Assembly: GCA_050290185.1 (NCBI GenBank)
Contig: JBNKHE010000006.1
Coordinates: 32,001-96,000 of the forward strand
DNA length: 64,000 nt
DNA from: Pontiella sp.
Lineage (GTDB): Bacteria; Verrucomicrobiota; Kiritimatiellia; Kiritimatiellales; Pontiellaceae
Direction of reading: 5' to 3'
Every line of letters starts with the position of its first letter. Position 1 is the stretch's first letter. This document shows positions 40,846-54,913 of the stretch, piece by piece. The notes under the pieces were generated by a model that made no database searches, was not told the origin of the DNA, and worked only from the letters and a program-made list of their open reading frames with translations. The position numbers and the translations under genes are program-made.

Positions 40846-41163
40846 CTATTCCTCAACATACGAACAGCAGTAGTCTGCGTATTCCTTCACAACCAGATCA
40901 AACTTCGAGTTCGCCGGCACATCGAACGACTCTCCCGCCTTGAAGGTCTTCCAGTGGGTCGAGCCCGGCAGGCGTACATCCATTTCGCCGCCGAGCATTT
41001 CCATCACTTCGGCCGCCGCCGTATCGAACGAATATTCGCCCGCCAGCATGAAACCCAGCGTCTTGCGCGCGCCGTCCGCAAACCTCACCGTCCGGCTCGT
41101 CACCTTGCCGTCAAAATACACATTCGCCTCGCGCACCACCGTCACATCATTGAATTCCGACAT
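40846..41163 (-). CDS. ppnP: Pyrimidine/purine nucleoside phosphorylase (YaiE/DUF1255)
   Basis: [38 protein letters not shown]. Confidence 0.93.
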   Translation of the reverse strand: MSEFNDVTVVREANVYFDGKVTSRTVRFADGARKTLGFMLAGEYSFDTAAAEVMEMLGGEMDVRLPGSTHWKTFKAGESFDVPANSKFDLVVKEYADYCCSYVEE

Positions 41164-41212
41164 CGTTTTCTCCTGTTTGTATCTTACAATTCGTTTCAAC
41201 TCTCTTATACAC

Positions 41213-42592
41213 CTACAGTTGCTTTAGATCCTTAACGATATACAGTTTCCCGTTTTCATACAGCTTCAACCGTTTCTTGAACTCCGCATACCCGGATCGA
41301 TTCCTGCCAACGACCTTTTCAAATCGACGCAACGCCATTCTTTGGGTCGCCACCGCCAGATCAAACTGATTATTGGCGGCGTAAGCGCGTGCCATAAGAT
41401 CCAGTAATCGCCGATCTTTTTCGTCCTTTTCCAGCGCCATCTTGGCATGCTCCACGGCCTTGGTGCCGTTGCGCACCGAAGGATCATTGGAGCAGGCATA
41501 AAGCATTACCAAAGACCTGCGTATTCCACACGGATCTTCTTCTCTCACCGCCATCTCATACCACGCCACCGCTTCCGACAATAGCCCGAGACTTTTGCAC
41601 GTGGACCCCATGTATGCTGCGGTGCCTCCACTCGTATCAAAGCTGGCATTGTAGAAAAACCTAACCCCGTCATTCAGCTCACGCACTTCTTCAGAGCTGA
41701 GCTCATGTTCAAACTGTTTGCGAACTGCTTTCATCCATTCAGACTGCTGTATGGCAGTTTCCGCCTTGCCACGCTTTTTGACCTCGTCCAGCGGCATCAC
41801 TTTCTTTTCCGATCGCGGTGGCTTCATATTTGAAAATGAAAAACCATCTTCCAACGCGGGGAGCTTATCATCCCAACTTACTAAACCATCCAGGCTTTCT
41901 GGATCGCAGATATCACGATACGTCGGCACGCCGCCAACGGAGGGTCCATGGATGCGGATCCAAATGCCCTTTATCCTGCATTCCCCCAATGGATCAGTAT
42001 CCTGGAAGACGTATTCATTCCCATTTTCGTCATAGAGCTTTTGCGGCCTATAATTATTGAATTCCTGAAAATCCCGTACGGTTCTAGTCCTCAGCTTCTG
42101 CTGGCTCTGGTCTTCCAATTGACCTGAATTGAGATGCCCGCCAACCACCCGCATTGAATCCTCAATCTCTGTGCGGCTGCTGGATAGTTCCATAAAATAG
42201 CGATACTCGATCTGCAATCCATCGATAGGCCCGCCGGACTGGTTCCATAACTTGATCTCATAGGACACAAATTCTGTATCGGCTCCAGCGCTTTGGACCT
42301 TCTTCTCTAGGCACACGCGCAGGGAACGTTCCGAGAGAATCCTATCGGCCTTGATCCATTCAAGGATATAGGCGCGATCGGCTTCGGAAAAAACATCGGG
42401 AGCCACCCAGACGCTTTGCCTGTCGCGCCGTTCGATTTTCAACAGCTTCCGATCCCGATCATACTCGACAATATTCGCGTCAATCATCCGGCCATCGACA
42501 CTTGTGAAGGTGTGGTATCCATCAATACCCGCAGCCTGCTTACCATATGCGAGCAAACCAAACATCATCATGGCGAGTGGCAACTTTTTCAT
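41213..42592 (-). CDS. Exported protein with SHD1-like N-terminus and C-terminal TPRs
   Basis: Signal peptide; FTSVDGR...[19 protein letters not shown]...ARAYAA..FDLAV..Q...RLKLYE. Confidence 0.7.
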   Translation of the reverse strand: MKKLPLAMMMFGLLAYGKQAAGIDGYHTFTSVDGRMIDANIVEYDRDRKLLKIERRDRQSVWVAPDVFSEADRAYILEWIKADRILSERSLRVCLEKKVQSAGADTEFVSYEIKLWNQSGGPIDGLQIEYRYFMELSSSRTEIEDSMRVVGGHLNSGQLEDQSQQKLRTRTVRDFQEFNNYRPQKLYDENGNEYVFQDTDPLGECRIKGIWIRIHGPSVGGVPTYRDICDPESLDGLVSWDDKLPALEDGFSFSNMKPPRSEKKVMPLDEVKKRGKAETAIQQSEWMKAVRKQFEHELSSEEVRELNDGVRFFYNASFDTSGGTAAYMGSTCKSLGLLSEAVAWYEMAVREEDPCGIRRSLVMLYACSNDPSVRNGTKAVEHAKMALEKDEKDRRLLDLMARAYAANNQFDLAVATQRMALRRFEKVVGRNRSGYAEFKKRLKLYENGKLYIVKDLKQL

Positions 42593-42677
42593 GCATTCCC
42601 CCTGGGACTAATTCCAAAAACCGCGGGAAAGCATTGCACGATCAATCGATGCCTTCCAGACGCTTTTCGCCAAATGC

Positions 42678-43556
42678 TTATCTCCCGTATTCCCGTGCGA
42701 GGTCGTCGACGAGCTCGAGCATGAGGTCGCGGCGGACGGAGGATTTTCGCCAGAAGAGCGCGATGGTGCGTTCCGGGCCGCCGCCTTTGATTTTCAGGTA
42801 GTGGATGTGCGGATTGCGTACCGCAACACACTCGGGAATCAGGGAAACCGCCCGATTCATGGAAACCATCTGCAGCAGGGTTTCCATCGATGTGGCTCGA
42901 AAATCGAGCACTTCTCCCAAACCGACACTGGAACAGTAGTCGAGGGTCTGCCCGCGCAGGCAATGTCCCTCTTCGAGCAGTAGTAGTTTTTCCTTCCCCA
43001 GCCGGGAGGCATCGATGCTCTTCCGCTTTGCCAGCGGATGCTTTGGGGAAACTCCCACAAAAAACTCTTCGGAAAAAACGGCGCCGTGATCCAGATTGGG
43101 CTGGGCAACGGGTAGCGCAAGGAAGGCGGCATCTACAGAACCCGCCGTTAGACGCTCCTCGAGGATATGGGTCTTTTCCTCAACCAGGTTAAACTGCAGG
43201 TTCGGATAGGCATCGGTAAAATGGTCGATGATCTTTGGGAAGTAGTACGGCGCCAGCGTCGGAAAGGCCCCGATGGAAAGCTGCCCCGAATAGGGATCGT
43301 TCCAAAGCTCCGCCAGGTCTTCGATTTCACCCACCTGCTGCATGATGGAACGCGCGCGTTTCAGCACCTCTTCCCCGGCGGGTGTAAAGAAGAACTCCTT
43401 ATGGCCGCGCTCCAGCAATTGAATCCCCAGCTCATCTTCGGTTTTCTTAATCTGGATGCTCAATGCGGGTTGGCTGACGTTGCACGCTTCCGCCGCACGG
43501 TGGAAACCGCCGTGTTGTTCCAGCGCCAGCAGATACTCGAAACTCCGTAGATTCAT
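42678..43556 (-). CDS. oxyR: H2O2-sensing LysR regulator OxyR
   Basis: LysR HTH; PTLAPY; LLEEGHCLRGQTLDYC with both redox Cys; divergent from ahpC. Confidence 0.95.
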   Translation of the reverse strand: MNLRSFEYLLALEQHGGFHRAAEACNVSQPALSIQIKKTEDELGIQLLERGHKEFFFTPAGEEVLKRARSIMQQVGEIEDLAELWNDPYSGQLSIGAFPTLAPYYFPKIIDHFTDAYPNLQFNLVEEKTHILEERLTAGSVDAAFLALPVAQPNLDHGAVFSEEFFVGVSPKHPLAKRKSIDASRLGKEKLLLLEEGHCLRGQTLDYCSSVGLGEVLDFRATSMETLLQMVSMNRAVSLIPECVAVRNPHIHYLKIKGGGPERTIALFWRKSSVRRDLMLELVDDLAREYGR

Positions 43557-43569
43557 TCGCGAATGATCG

Positions 43570-43606
43570 ATAACTTATATTAATCATTCCAGTAAATTCT
43601 ATAAAT
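43570..43606. promoter_or_regulatory. Putative OxyR operator in the oxyR-ahpC divergent region
   Basis: ATAA-N7-TAAT-N7-GTAA-N7-AAAT; spacing matches ATAG-N7-CTAT-N7-ATAG-N7-CTAT, sequence match only partial. Confidence 0.55.
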
Positions 43607-43679
43607 TTTACAACATTCCGGTTCTGCGGCACATTTGTGCGTATCGAAAGAAACCAAGTAACAAACCAAGGAGATAAAA

Positions 43680-44243
43680 ATGATCAAGATTGGACAGGAA
43701 GTCCCCGAATTCAAGATGGCCGCATTTCAGAATGATGAGATCAAAGACATCAAACTGTCGGACTACAAGGGGAAATGGGTGGTCGTGGTGTTCTACCCCG
43801 CCGACTTTACCTTCGTCTGCCCGACCGAGTTGGAGGAAGTTGCCAACCTCTACCCGCAGTTCCAGGCCGCCGGCGCGGAAGTCATCTCCGTCAGTACCGA
43901 CACGGCCTTTGTGCACAAGGCTTGGCACGACGAGTCGCCGGCCATCGGCAAGGTCGACTACCTGATGGGTGCCGATCCGACCGGAACGGTCAGCAAGCTG
44001 TTCGGCGTCTACATCGAAGAAGAAGGTCTGGCCCTGCGCGGCACCTTCATCATCGATCCCAACGGCGTACTGAAGACCGCCGAAGTACACGACCTCGGTA
44101 TTGGCCGCAGCGCTGCGGAAGCCCTCCGCAAGCTGGAAGCCGCCAAGTTTGTGCATGAACACGGCGACCAGGTATGCCCGGCCAACTGGCAACCCGGTGC
44201 CGATACGCTCAAGCCCGGACTGGATCTGGTCGGAAAAATCTAG
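43680..44243 (+). CDS. ahpC: Alkyl hydroperoxide reductase C (2-Cys peroxiredoxin)
   Basis: FYPADFTFVCPTE and VCPANW. Confidence 0.98.
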   Translation: MIKIGQEVPEFKMAAFQNDEIKDIKLSDYKGKWVVVVFYPADFTFVCPTELEEVANLYPQFQAAGAEVISVSTDTAFVHKAWHDESPAIGKVDYLMGADPTGTVSKLFGVYIEEEGLALRGTFIIDPNGVLKTAEVHDLGIGRSAAEALRKLEAAKFVHEHGDQVCPANWQPGADTLKPGLDLVGKI

Positions 44244-44256
44244 AAAAACCAAAAAA

Positions 44257-44308
44257 TGGAGGGACAGCGTCCTCGCTGTCCACGGCCGCCGAGGACGGCG
44301 GCCCTCCA
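44257..44308. repeat. Inverted REP doublet (GGAG-type), copy 2
   Basis: TGGAG-GGACAGCG-TCCT-CGCTGTCC-AC-GGCCGCCG-AGGA-CGGCGGCC-CTCCA; two perfect 8-bp stems. Confidence 0.8.
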
Positions 44309-44330
44309 TTTTTCTCTCAGGAGAAGACTC

Positions 44331-48163
<3,833 letters not shown>

Positions 48164-48196
48164 ACAGGCGGACAGCAGCAACGGAATAAGCGAACG

Positions 48197-49678
48197 CTAC
48201 CGCATCCCATAGCGGTAGCGTTCCATTTCGCTGAAGAAATGTTCCATGACCCGCATGTAGCAGAGCTTTCCCAAATGGTGGTCTTCGATGCCTGAGTCGA
48301 TATTGGGATTATCGTTGACCTCGATGACGGTAAAGCGGTCTCCACTCTGCTTGATATCCACGCCATAGAGCCCATTACCGATCAGGCTGCACGCCTTGAC
48401 CGCCAGCTTGATAGCTTCGGCCGGGGCCTGCTCAATCGCCATGGTCTCGAAACCGCCAGAGCGTTGAGAGCTTTTGGCCGAGTGGTTGTAGATCTGCCAG
48501 TGCCCGGTCGACATGAAATATTTGCAGGCGAATAGCGGCCGCCCACCCAGCACACCGATCCGCCAGTCAAAATCGGTGTACATGAACTCCTGCGCCAGCA
48601 CGAGAACCGACGACAGGAACAATTCCTTGGCTCGCACTCTCATTTCATCCATTGACGAAGCCTTGTATACGCCGCGTGAAAAGGAGCCGTCGGGAATCTT
48701 AAGGACCAGCGGAAAACCCAGCAGGTCGGCAGCGCGTTCCAAGGCGGAGCTCTGGTCGCGGTAGAGAATTTCCGTTCGCGGTGTAGCCAGTTCGTTTTCG
48801 CGCAGCAGTTCAGCCAGATATACTTTGTTGGCGCACTTGAGGATCGAGTTGGGATCATCGATGACCGGCATGTGAGCGAATTCGGCCTTTTGAGCAAACT
48901 GGTAGGTGTGGTGGTCGACCGCCGTGGTTTCGCGAATAAACAGTGCGTCGTATTCCGTCAGGCGCGGATAATCCCGCTTAGCGATGATTTCCGTATCGAT
49001 CCCGACCTGCCGCCCCGCTTGCACAAAGTTTTCGAGCGCCTTTTTGTTGCTGGGCGGGAACGCCTCCAGCGGATCAACCAGCATGGCAAGATCGTAGGCG
49101 AAGCGTTTTTTACGACGGGGACGACGCCAGACCTTGCCGCTGAAATGGTCGAGTGCAGCGGCAAATTCGTCCTGTTGCATCCCTACCAGCTGATGGATCG
49201 ACAACGGCTTCACGCTTTCGATGGCCCACGTTTCCTGTACGCGCTTGAAACCTATTTTCAGGATCGGGCAGGCAAAGAGTTCGAATACTTGTCGGGCCAG
49301 CCCCTGCAGCTCCTCTACCGAAGTGGTTCCGAAATAGATCTGCAGATCGTATGTATCGAGCGCAACCAGTCCCATCGTCTTCTTTTTCTGCAGCATTTTA
49401 TCAAGCGCCGAGAGGCCCAGCGTATACATGCGCCGCCGGCTCAGGTCGTTGATGGTGCGGACCGACGGAATCACACGGTCGCCGCGCGCTTCCGCCAGCA
49501 GCGAGCAGTAATAGCCTTTGCCAAGATATTTGTAGTCCCGGCACAGATTGATTACCTGCGTCGGAAGATCCGGGCAGGGATCGGAGCCGAGGTATTCCTC
49601 GGCCGAGATAAGATTGTCGCTGGGATAGTACGGACTCCAGTCTTCAACCTGATCGACCACGATGAATGGCGTCGACAT
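48197..49678 (-). CDS. RimK-family ATP-grasp ligase with N-terminal RLAN domain
   Basis: INLCRDYKYLGKGYYCSLLAEARG; LKIPDGSFSRGV, QEF, YGVDIK, IEVNDNPN. Confidence 0.9.
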   Translation of the reverse strand: MSTPFIVVDQVEDWSPYYPSDNLISAEEYLGSDPCPDLPTQVINLCRDYKYLGKGYYCSLLAEARGDRVIPSVRTINDLSRRRMYTLGLSALDKMLQKKKTMGLVALDTYDLQIYFGTTSVEELQGLARQVFELFACPILKIGFKRVQETWAIESVKPLSIHQLVGMQQDEFAAALDHFSGKVWRRPRRKKRFAYDLAMLVDPLEAFPPSNKKALENFVQAGRQVGIDTEIIAKRDYPRLTEYDALFIRETTAVDHHTYQFAQKAEFAHMPVIDDPNSILKCANKVYLAELLRENELATPRTEILYRDQSSALERAADLLGFPLVLKIPDGSFSRGVYKASSMDEMRVRAKELFLSSVLVLAQEFMYTDFDWRIGVLGGRPLFACKYFMSTGHWQIYNHSAKSSQRSGGFETMAIEQAPAEAIKLAVKACSLIGNGLYGVDIKQSGDRFTVIEVNDNPNIDSGIEDHHLGKLCYMRVMEHFFSEMERYRYGMR

Positions 49679-49681
49679 TGT

Positions 49682-50149
49682 TTAGAGCAACTCTTTCCGC
49701 ATCACGAAAGCATGCGCGCCGTCATCATAGTAGCCGGGCAGTACCGCCGTGTCAGTGAACCCGAGATGTTCATAGAGACGGATGGCAGGGATGTTGTCCA
49801 TGCGCACTTCGAGCCGCATGCGCTCGCACCCCCGCATCCGGGCTTCTTGCTCGGCCTTGACCATCATTCGGCGGCCAATCCCCAGCCCTCGCGCCTCAAC
49901 CGAAACCGCCAGCGAATAGACCCGCGCCGAACGCGAGTTGCTCTTGAACAGGATCACCATGCTGCCCACAAGCTCGCCGCGCTGGTATGCTCCCACGCAA
50001 TAGGCGCTGGGCGAACGCAACAGGTTGCGCAGGTTGCGCCGGCTTATCTTGTCCGTGGTAAAACACGCCTCTTCCAAGGCGAGCAGGTCATCGGTTCGGT
50101 TCAAGCCAACACGGCGTAAAACCGCATCGGCACATAGGGTCGGGCTCAT
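49682..50149 (-). CDS. GNAT acetyltransferase (RimI-like)
   Basis: RVYSLAV..RGLGIG, LEVRMDN..AIRLYE.LGF, YYDDG. Confidence 0.92.
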   Translation of the reverse strand: MSPTLCADAVLRRVGLNRTDDLLALEEACFTTDKISRRNLRNLLRSPSAYCVGAYQRGELVGSMVILFKSNSRSARVYSLAVSVEARGLGIGRRMMVKAEQEARMRGCERMRLEVRMDNIPAIRLYEHLGFTDTAVLPGYYDDGAHAFVMRKELL

Positions 50150-50329
50150 GGATTCCTGGATTTTAAAATTCAGTCGCTATATAGCTCCAACCCGCACCGC
50201 TGTATACATAAATTGAGTGGAATTTTACCTCTTGCCTAAATGCCCTGAAAAACCGTGGTGTCCGCTAATGTGGACGAGGTTTCCAGCCTCGTTGGTTATG
50301 ATCAAAAGGAAGATGCTCCGCCTACCCTC

Positions 50330-50360
50330 AAAAAAAGGCGGCCCGTTTCCGAGCCGCCTT
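50330..50360 (-). terminator. Intrinsic terminator downstream of yebC
   Basis: AAGGCGGC...GCCGCCTT hairpin with an A-run on the plus strand. Confidence 0.7.
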
Positions 50361-50388
50361 CTCAATGCCAACCTAACTCCCGAATATG

Positions 50389-51144
50389 CTATTCCGCTTC
50401 GAGCTGCGCGGCGATTTCGTCGGAAATATCAAAGTTGGTATAGACGTCCTGCACATCGTCCAGTTCTTCGAGCGTTTCGACGAACTTCATGATGGACTGG
50501 GCCTGGCCGATCTCGGTGACCTCGACCACCAGATCGGGGATCAGGGTGATCTCGGATTCGGCCATGTCGATGCCCGCATTGGTAATGGCATCGGAAACCG
50601 CATCGAAATCATTCGGATCGGTGATGACTTCGAATTGATCTCCATCCGTCTTCAAATCCTCGGCACCGGCATCAAGCGCGAGCTCCATCAGGGTTTCCTC
50701 ATCGGTTTTGTCCTTGTCGATGAAGATCTGACCCTTGCGCTGAAACATACGGCTGACTGCACCCTGATCGGCCATGTTGGCATTGGCCTTGGTAAAAGCG
50801 TGCCGTACTTCGGCAATTGAGCGGTTCTTGTTGTCGGTAAGCACCTTGACTACCACGGCAATGCCGCCGGCAGCGTACCCTTCGTAGGAACCCTCCTCCA
50901 GCTTTCCGCCTTCGAGTTCGCCCGTCCCCTTCTTAATGGCGCGCTCGATGTTTTCCTTCGGCATGCTGACGCCTTTGGCTTTCTGCACCAGCGCGCGCAG
51001 CGTGATGTTGTCGTCGGGATTGCCGCCCCCTGCAGATGCCGCCACCATGATTTCCTTGGCGATCTTACTGAAAACCTTGCCACGGGCCGCATCGGCTTTG
51101 CCCTTCTTATGCTTGATGTTTGCCCATTTACTATGTCCTGCCAT
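50389..51144 (-). CDS. yebC: YebC/PmpR family protein
   Basis: MAGHSKWANIKHKK, YEGY, TDNKNR, DDVQDVYTN. Confidence 0.97.
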   Translation of the reverse strand: MAGHSKWANIKHKKGKADAARGKVFSKIAKEIMVAASAGGGNPDDNITLRALVQKAKGVSMPKENIERAIKKGTGELEGGKLEEGSYEGYAAGGIAVVVKVLTDNKNRSIAEVRHAFTKANANMADQGAVSRMFQRKGQIFIDKDKTDEETLMELALDAGAEDLKTDGDQFEVITDPNDFDAVSDAITNAGIDMAESEITLIPDLVVEVTEIGQAQSIMKFVETLEELDDVQDVYTNFDISDEIAAQLEAE

Positions 51145-51204
51145 TGTTCTAAACCTCCATATTGCTTGCGTGAAACGTGATTTCCACGCATCACGGCTCA
51201 ATCG

Positions 51205-52419
51205 TCACTTTTTAATCGCTACCTTCGCGAAGCCGCGCTTTCCGGAACGGATGATCATGCCGTCTTCGGGAACGATCTCTGCGCGCTCATCGCTGATTTT
51301 TTCGTCGTTAATCCTTACCGCGCCCTGCTTAACGAGACGGCGGGCCTCGCCATTGCTCTTGGCGAGCTTTGCCAGCACCATTAAATTCAAGAGACCGATC
51401 ATCTCCACGCCGGCAGGCACGTCCACTTCCGGAATATCATCCGGAAGTTCCTTCTGCGCAAAGATGCGCGTAAATTCTTCCGAGGCATTTCGGGCCTCTT
51501 CCGCACCAATGAAGCGGCTCACGACTTCCTGGCCGAGCATATCCTTAACGGCGCGCGGATGCAGTTCGCCGCCAGCCACCTTGGCGTGCATGTCCTGCAC
51601 CTTTTCCTTCGGCCAGCAGAGGATGTATTCAAAATATTTCCACATCAGGTCGTCCGGCACGCTCATGAGCTTGCCGTACATATCGCGCGCGGACTCGTTG
51701 ATCCCGACATAGTTGTTGAGGCTCTTGCTCATTTTCTGGACGCCGTCGAGGCCTTCGATGAGCGGAAGCGTCAACACGCACTGCGGCTCCTGCCCCATCA
51801 CCTTCTGCAACTCCCGGCCGAGCAGAAGATTGAAGAGCTGGTCGGTGCCACCGAGTTCGATGTCGGCTTCGAGCATGACGGAGTCGTAGGCCTGTACGAG
51901 CGGATAGAGAAACTCCACGATCGAGATGGGCTGGTTGGCGGCATAGCGCTTGGAAAAGTCGTCGCGCGCAAGCATTTGCGCCACGGTGACATGCGCGGAG
52001 AGGCGGATGACGTCCTCGAACGACATCCGGGCACACCATTCGGAATTAAAGCGGACTTCGGTCTTTTCCGGATCCAGAATCTTGAAGATCTGCTCCTGGT
52101 AGCTCTTTGCATTGACCTGCACCTGCTCGCGGGTAAGCGGCTTGCGGGTTTGCGAGCGCCCGGAGGGATCGCCAATCATGCCGGTAAAGTCGCCGATCAG
52201 AAAAACGACGGTATGGCCGGCGTCCTGAAATTCGCGCAGCTTGTTCAGCCCGACCACATGGCCCAGATGAATGTCCGGCGCGGACGGATCGGCGCCGTAC
52301 TTGATCCGAAGGCCGCGACCCTCGGACTGCGCCTTTTCGAGCTTTTTCTTAAGATCGTCGCGGTTAATGAAATCGACCGCGCGCGCCGAAAGAAAATCGA
52401 GTTGTTCTTCAATGTTCAT
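51205..52419 (-). CDS. tyrS: Tyrosyl-tRNA synthetase
   Basis: [24 protein letters not shown]-terminal S4 domain. Confidence 0.98.
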   Translation of the reverse strand: MNIEEQLDFLSARAVDFINRDDLKKKLEKAQSEGRGLRIKYGADPSAPDIHLGHVVGLNKLREFQDAGHTVVFLIGDFTGMIGDPSGRSQTRKPLTREQVQVNAKSYQEQIFKILDPEKTEVRFNSEWCARMSFEDVIRLSAHVTVAQMLARDDFSKRYAANQPISIVEFLYPLVQAYDSVMLEADIELGGTDQLFNLLLGRELQKVMGQEPQCVLTLPLIEGLDGVQKMSKSLNNYVGINESARDMYGKLMSVPDDLMWKYFEYILCWPKEKVQDMHAKVAGGELHPRAVKDMLGQEVVSRFIGAEEARNASEEFTRIFAQKELPDDIPEVDVPAGVEMIGLLNLMVLAKLAKSNGEARRLVKQGAVRINDEKISDERAEIVPEDGMIIRSGKRGFAKVAIKK

Positions 52420-52495
52420 TGCAATCATCCTGCTATTGGCCCTTGAGCCCGATTGAGAAAGCGGATATTGAGCCACAGAACCGCTGGAAAGTCAC

Positions 52496-52529
52496 AAAAA
52501 AACCTGCCCGGAAATCGGGCAGGCTTTTT
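52496..52529 (-). terminator. Intrinsic (possibly bidirectional) terminator downstream of rpsA
   Basis: A7-CCTGCCCG-GAAAT-CGGGCAGG-C-T5. Confidence 0.8.
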
Positions 52530-52546
52530 CGCTAAAGAAGTTAAGG

Positions 52547-54280
52547 CTATTCGCCGCCCTTCTTGTCGCCGGGATGCCATTCTTCGAGGGCATCGCCAAA
52601 GGCGTTGTCGAATGCAGATCCGAGATCGACGAGCTCGGAACCGGGTTGCAGCCCTTCGAGCATGTCTTCGCGGACTTCAAACTCGTCGTCTTCGACCTTG
52701 GCAGCCTTGACGCTGAGTCCGATGCGGTGTTCGACCGGATCAACCTTTACAACGCGGGCTTCGATGGTGTCGCCGACGTTCAGGACATCCTTGACACGCT
52801 CTACGTGCTCGTCGGAGATCTGGCTGATATGCACGAGGCCATCGATGCCTTCCTCGATTTCAACGAATGCGCCGAACGAGGAGATCTTCGTAACGATACC
52901 GCTGACCTTGGCGCCGATCGGATAACGATCGACAATACCGGCCCACGGATCGTCCTGAGCCTGCTTGAGGCCGAGGCTGATGCGCTGGTTGTTGGAGTCG
53001 ATTTCGAGAACAACGGTTTCGACTTCGTCGCCCTTCTTGAGGACTTCGGAAGGATGATTCACCTTGCGGGTCCAGGACATGTCGGACACGTGGATCATGC
53101 CGTCAACGCCTTCTTCCAGTTCGACGAATGCGCCGTAGGAGGTGAAGTTGCGGACCTTGCCGGTAACCAGCGATCCGATCGGATACTTGCCAGCCACGAC
53201 TTCCCACGGGTTTTCTTCGGTCTGGCGCATGCCGAGCGAGATTTTCTTGTCGTCAGTACTGACCGACAGAACAACGGCATCGACTTCGTCGCCAACATTG
53301 AGGACGTCGGCGGCGCGCTGAATGCGCTTGGTCCAGGACATTTCGGATACGTGAACCAGACCTTCGACGCCTTCTTCGAGCTCAACAAAGGCTCCGTACG
53401 GTGCGAGGTTGACCACCTTGCCGTGTACGCGGGCTCCGATCGGATAGCGGGCTTCGATTTCTTCCCACGGATTGTCCATGGTCTGCTTGAGGCCGAGGCT
53501 GATGCGTTCCTTTTCGAGATCGATATCGAGGATCATCACTTCAAGTTCATCGCCCACCTTCAGCAGTTCGGAAGGATGGTTGATGCGGCCCCAGGTCATG
53601 TCGGTGACATGCAGCAGGCCGTCGATGCCGTCGAGGTCAACGAAGGCACCGAAATCGGTGATGTTCTTGACTTGTCCCTTGCGGAGTTCGCCAACCTGGA
53701 TTTCCGCCAGGATCTTGCGGCGGGATTCGCGGCGGGACTCTTCGATGAGTTCGCGGCGGGAAACGACGATATTCTTGCGCTCAAGGTTGATCTTGAGAAT
53801 GCGGAACTGATAGGTCTTGCCCATGTGTTCGTCGGGATTGCGGACCGGAACGACGTCCAGCTGTGAGCCGGGAAGGAACGCGTCCACGCCGACGTCGACA
53901 ATGAAGCCGCCCTTGACGATATTCTTGATGGTTCCTTCGACGAGGCTGCCTTCGGAGCATTCGTTGACTACGTAGTCCCACGCACGCTGCTGCTCTGCAC
54001 GGCGCTTGCTGATGACGATCATGCCGTCGCGATCCTCGAGCTGTTCGAGGAATACTTCGACTTCCTGACCGATCGGATCTTCTTCGAGATCCTTGAATTC
54101 CTGAACCGGCACGATGCCTTCGGATTTGTATCCGATGTCGATGAGCACGTCGCCATCGTGGACACTAAGGATTTTGCCGGAGACGATGGACCCTTCGGTG
54201 AAGTTCTTGAGGGTTTCGTCGTACATTGCTTCCATGGCTGCGTTATCCACACCCAGGTCTGTGTTGGTTGTTGATTCCAT
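52547..54280 (-). CDS. rpsA: 30S ribosomal protein S1
   Basis: Six S1 repeats (DIGYKSEG, FGAFVD..GLLH, GAFVELEEG). Confidence 0.98.
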   Translation of the reverse strand: MESTTNTDLGVDNAAMEAMYDETLKNFTEGSIVSGKILSVHDGDVLIDIGYKSEGIVPVQEFKDLEEDPIGQEVEVFLEQLEDRDGMIVISKRRAEQQRAWDYVVNECSEGSLVEGTIKNIVKGGFIVDVGVDAFLPGSQLDVVPVRNPDEHMGKTYQFRILKINLERKNIVVSRRELIEESRRESRRKILAEIQVGELRKGQVKNITDFGAFVDLDGIDGLLHVTDMTWGRINHPSELLKVGDELEVMILDIDLEKERISLGLKQTMDNPWEEIEARYPIGARVHGKVVNLAPYGAFVELEEGVEGLVHVSEMSWTKRIQRAADVLNVGDEVDAVVLSVSTDDKKISLGMRQTEENPWEVVAGKYPIGSLVTGKVRNFTSYGAFVELEEGVDGMIHVSDMSWTRKVNHPSEVLKKGDEVETVVLEIDSNNQRISLGLKQAQDDPWAGIVDRYPIGAKVSGIVTKISSFGAFVEIEEGIDGLVHISQISDEHVERVKDVLNVGDTIEARVVKVDPVEHRIGLSVKAAKVEDDEFEVREDMLEGLQPGSELVDLGSAFDNAFGDALEEWHPGDKKGGE

Positions 54281-54913
54281 ATTCAAAGCGGGAACACGCG
54301 CTCCCTGACCTTTTTCTTTTTGTTTATAACAGTTAGAGAAAGCGTCCAGCCACTTGCCGGAGACACACCTTCCCTTAAATGAGCGCGTCATAATAGACGT
54401 ATCCACCTGTCATGCAAGGGATAAATGGATGAAAACAACGGCCGTTTTAGCCCGGATGTATTCCGTAAAGCCGAACCTAATCGGGAAGAAGGGATCGTTT
54501 TTCCCTGCATCTGTATTGAGCGGGAGTGGATCGATGGAGCTAGGCAAGGAGAAGGAGAGTTTGCCAGAAGGCTTGCGGTCTTTAACGGCCCTGCCCTTCC
54601 GCGCCCGGAAGCTAGGCGGCGGCAAAGACACCAGACCGGCCCAGAATATCGTTGATGATCGTTGGGCAGCCAGGAATCAGAACCGTCACGACCGAACTGC
54701 AACGGCAACACCGTTCACAACCTTCGCAATCATCCACCTTCCTTTGAGGATCATTCCCGTAAAACCTATGTGTTGGAGCTTATACATGAGCCTCAATGGG
54801 TTCTAAAAAAAAACTTCCCCCCGGAACCCACACGCTATGCATGAACCAATTCTATTGACCGGAAGCATGGCATTTCTCATACTTTGTTCGAAAACCTACC
54901 GGGGAGAAAAATC

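Noticed and set aside
54281..54913. ORFs in the ~630-nt rpsA divergent region
   Set aside because: Several overlapping 60-150-aa ORFs, none with recognisable protein character; no RNA family recognised
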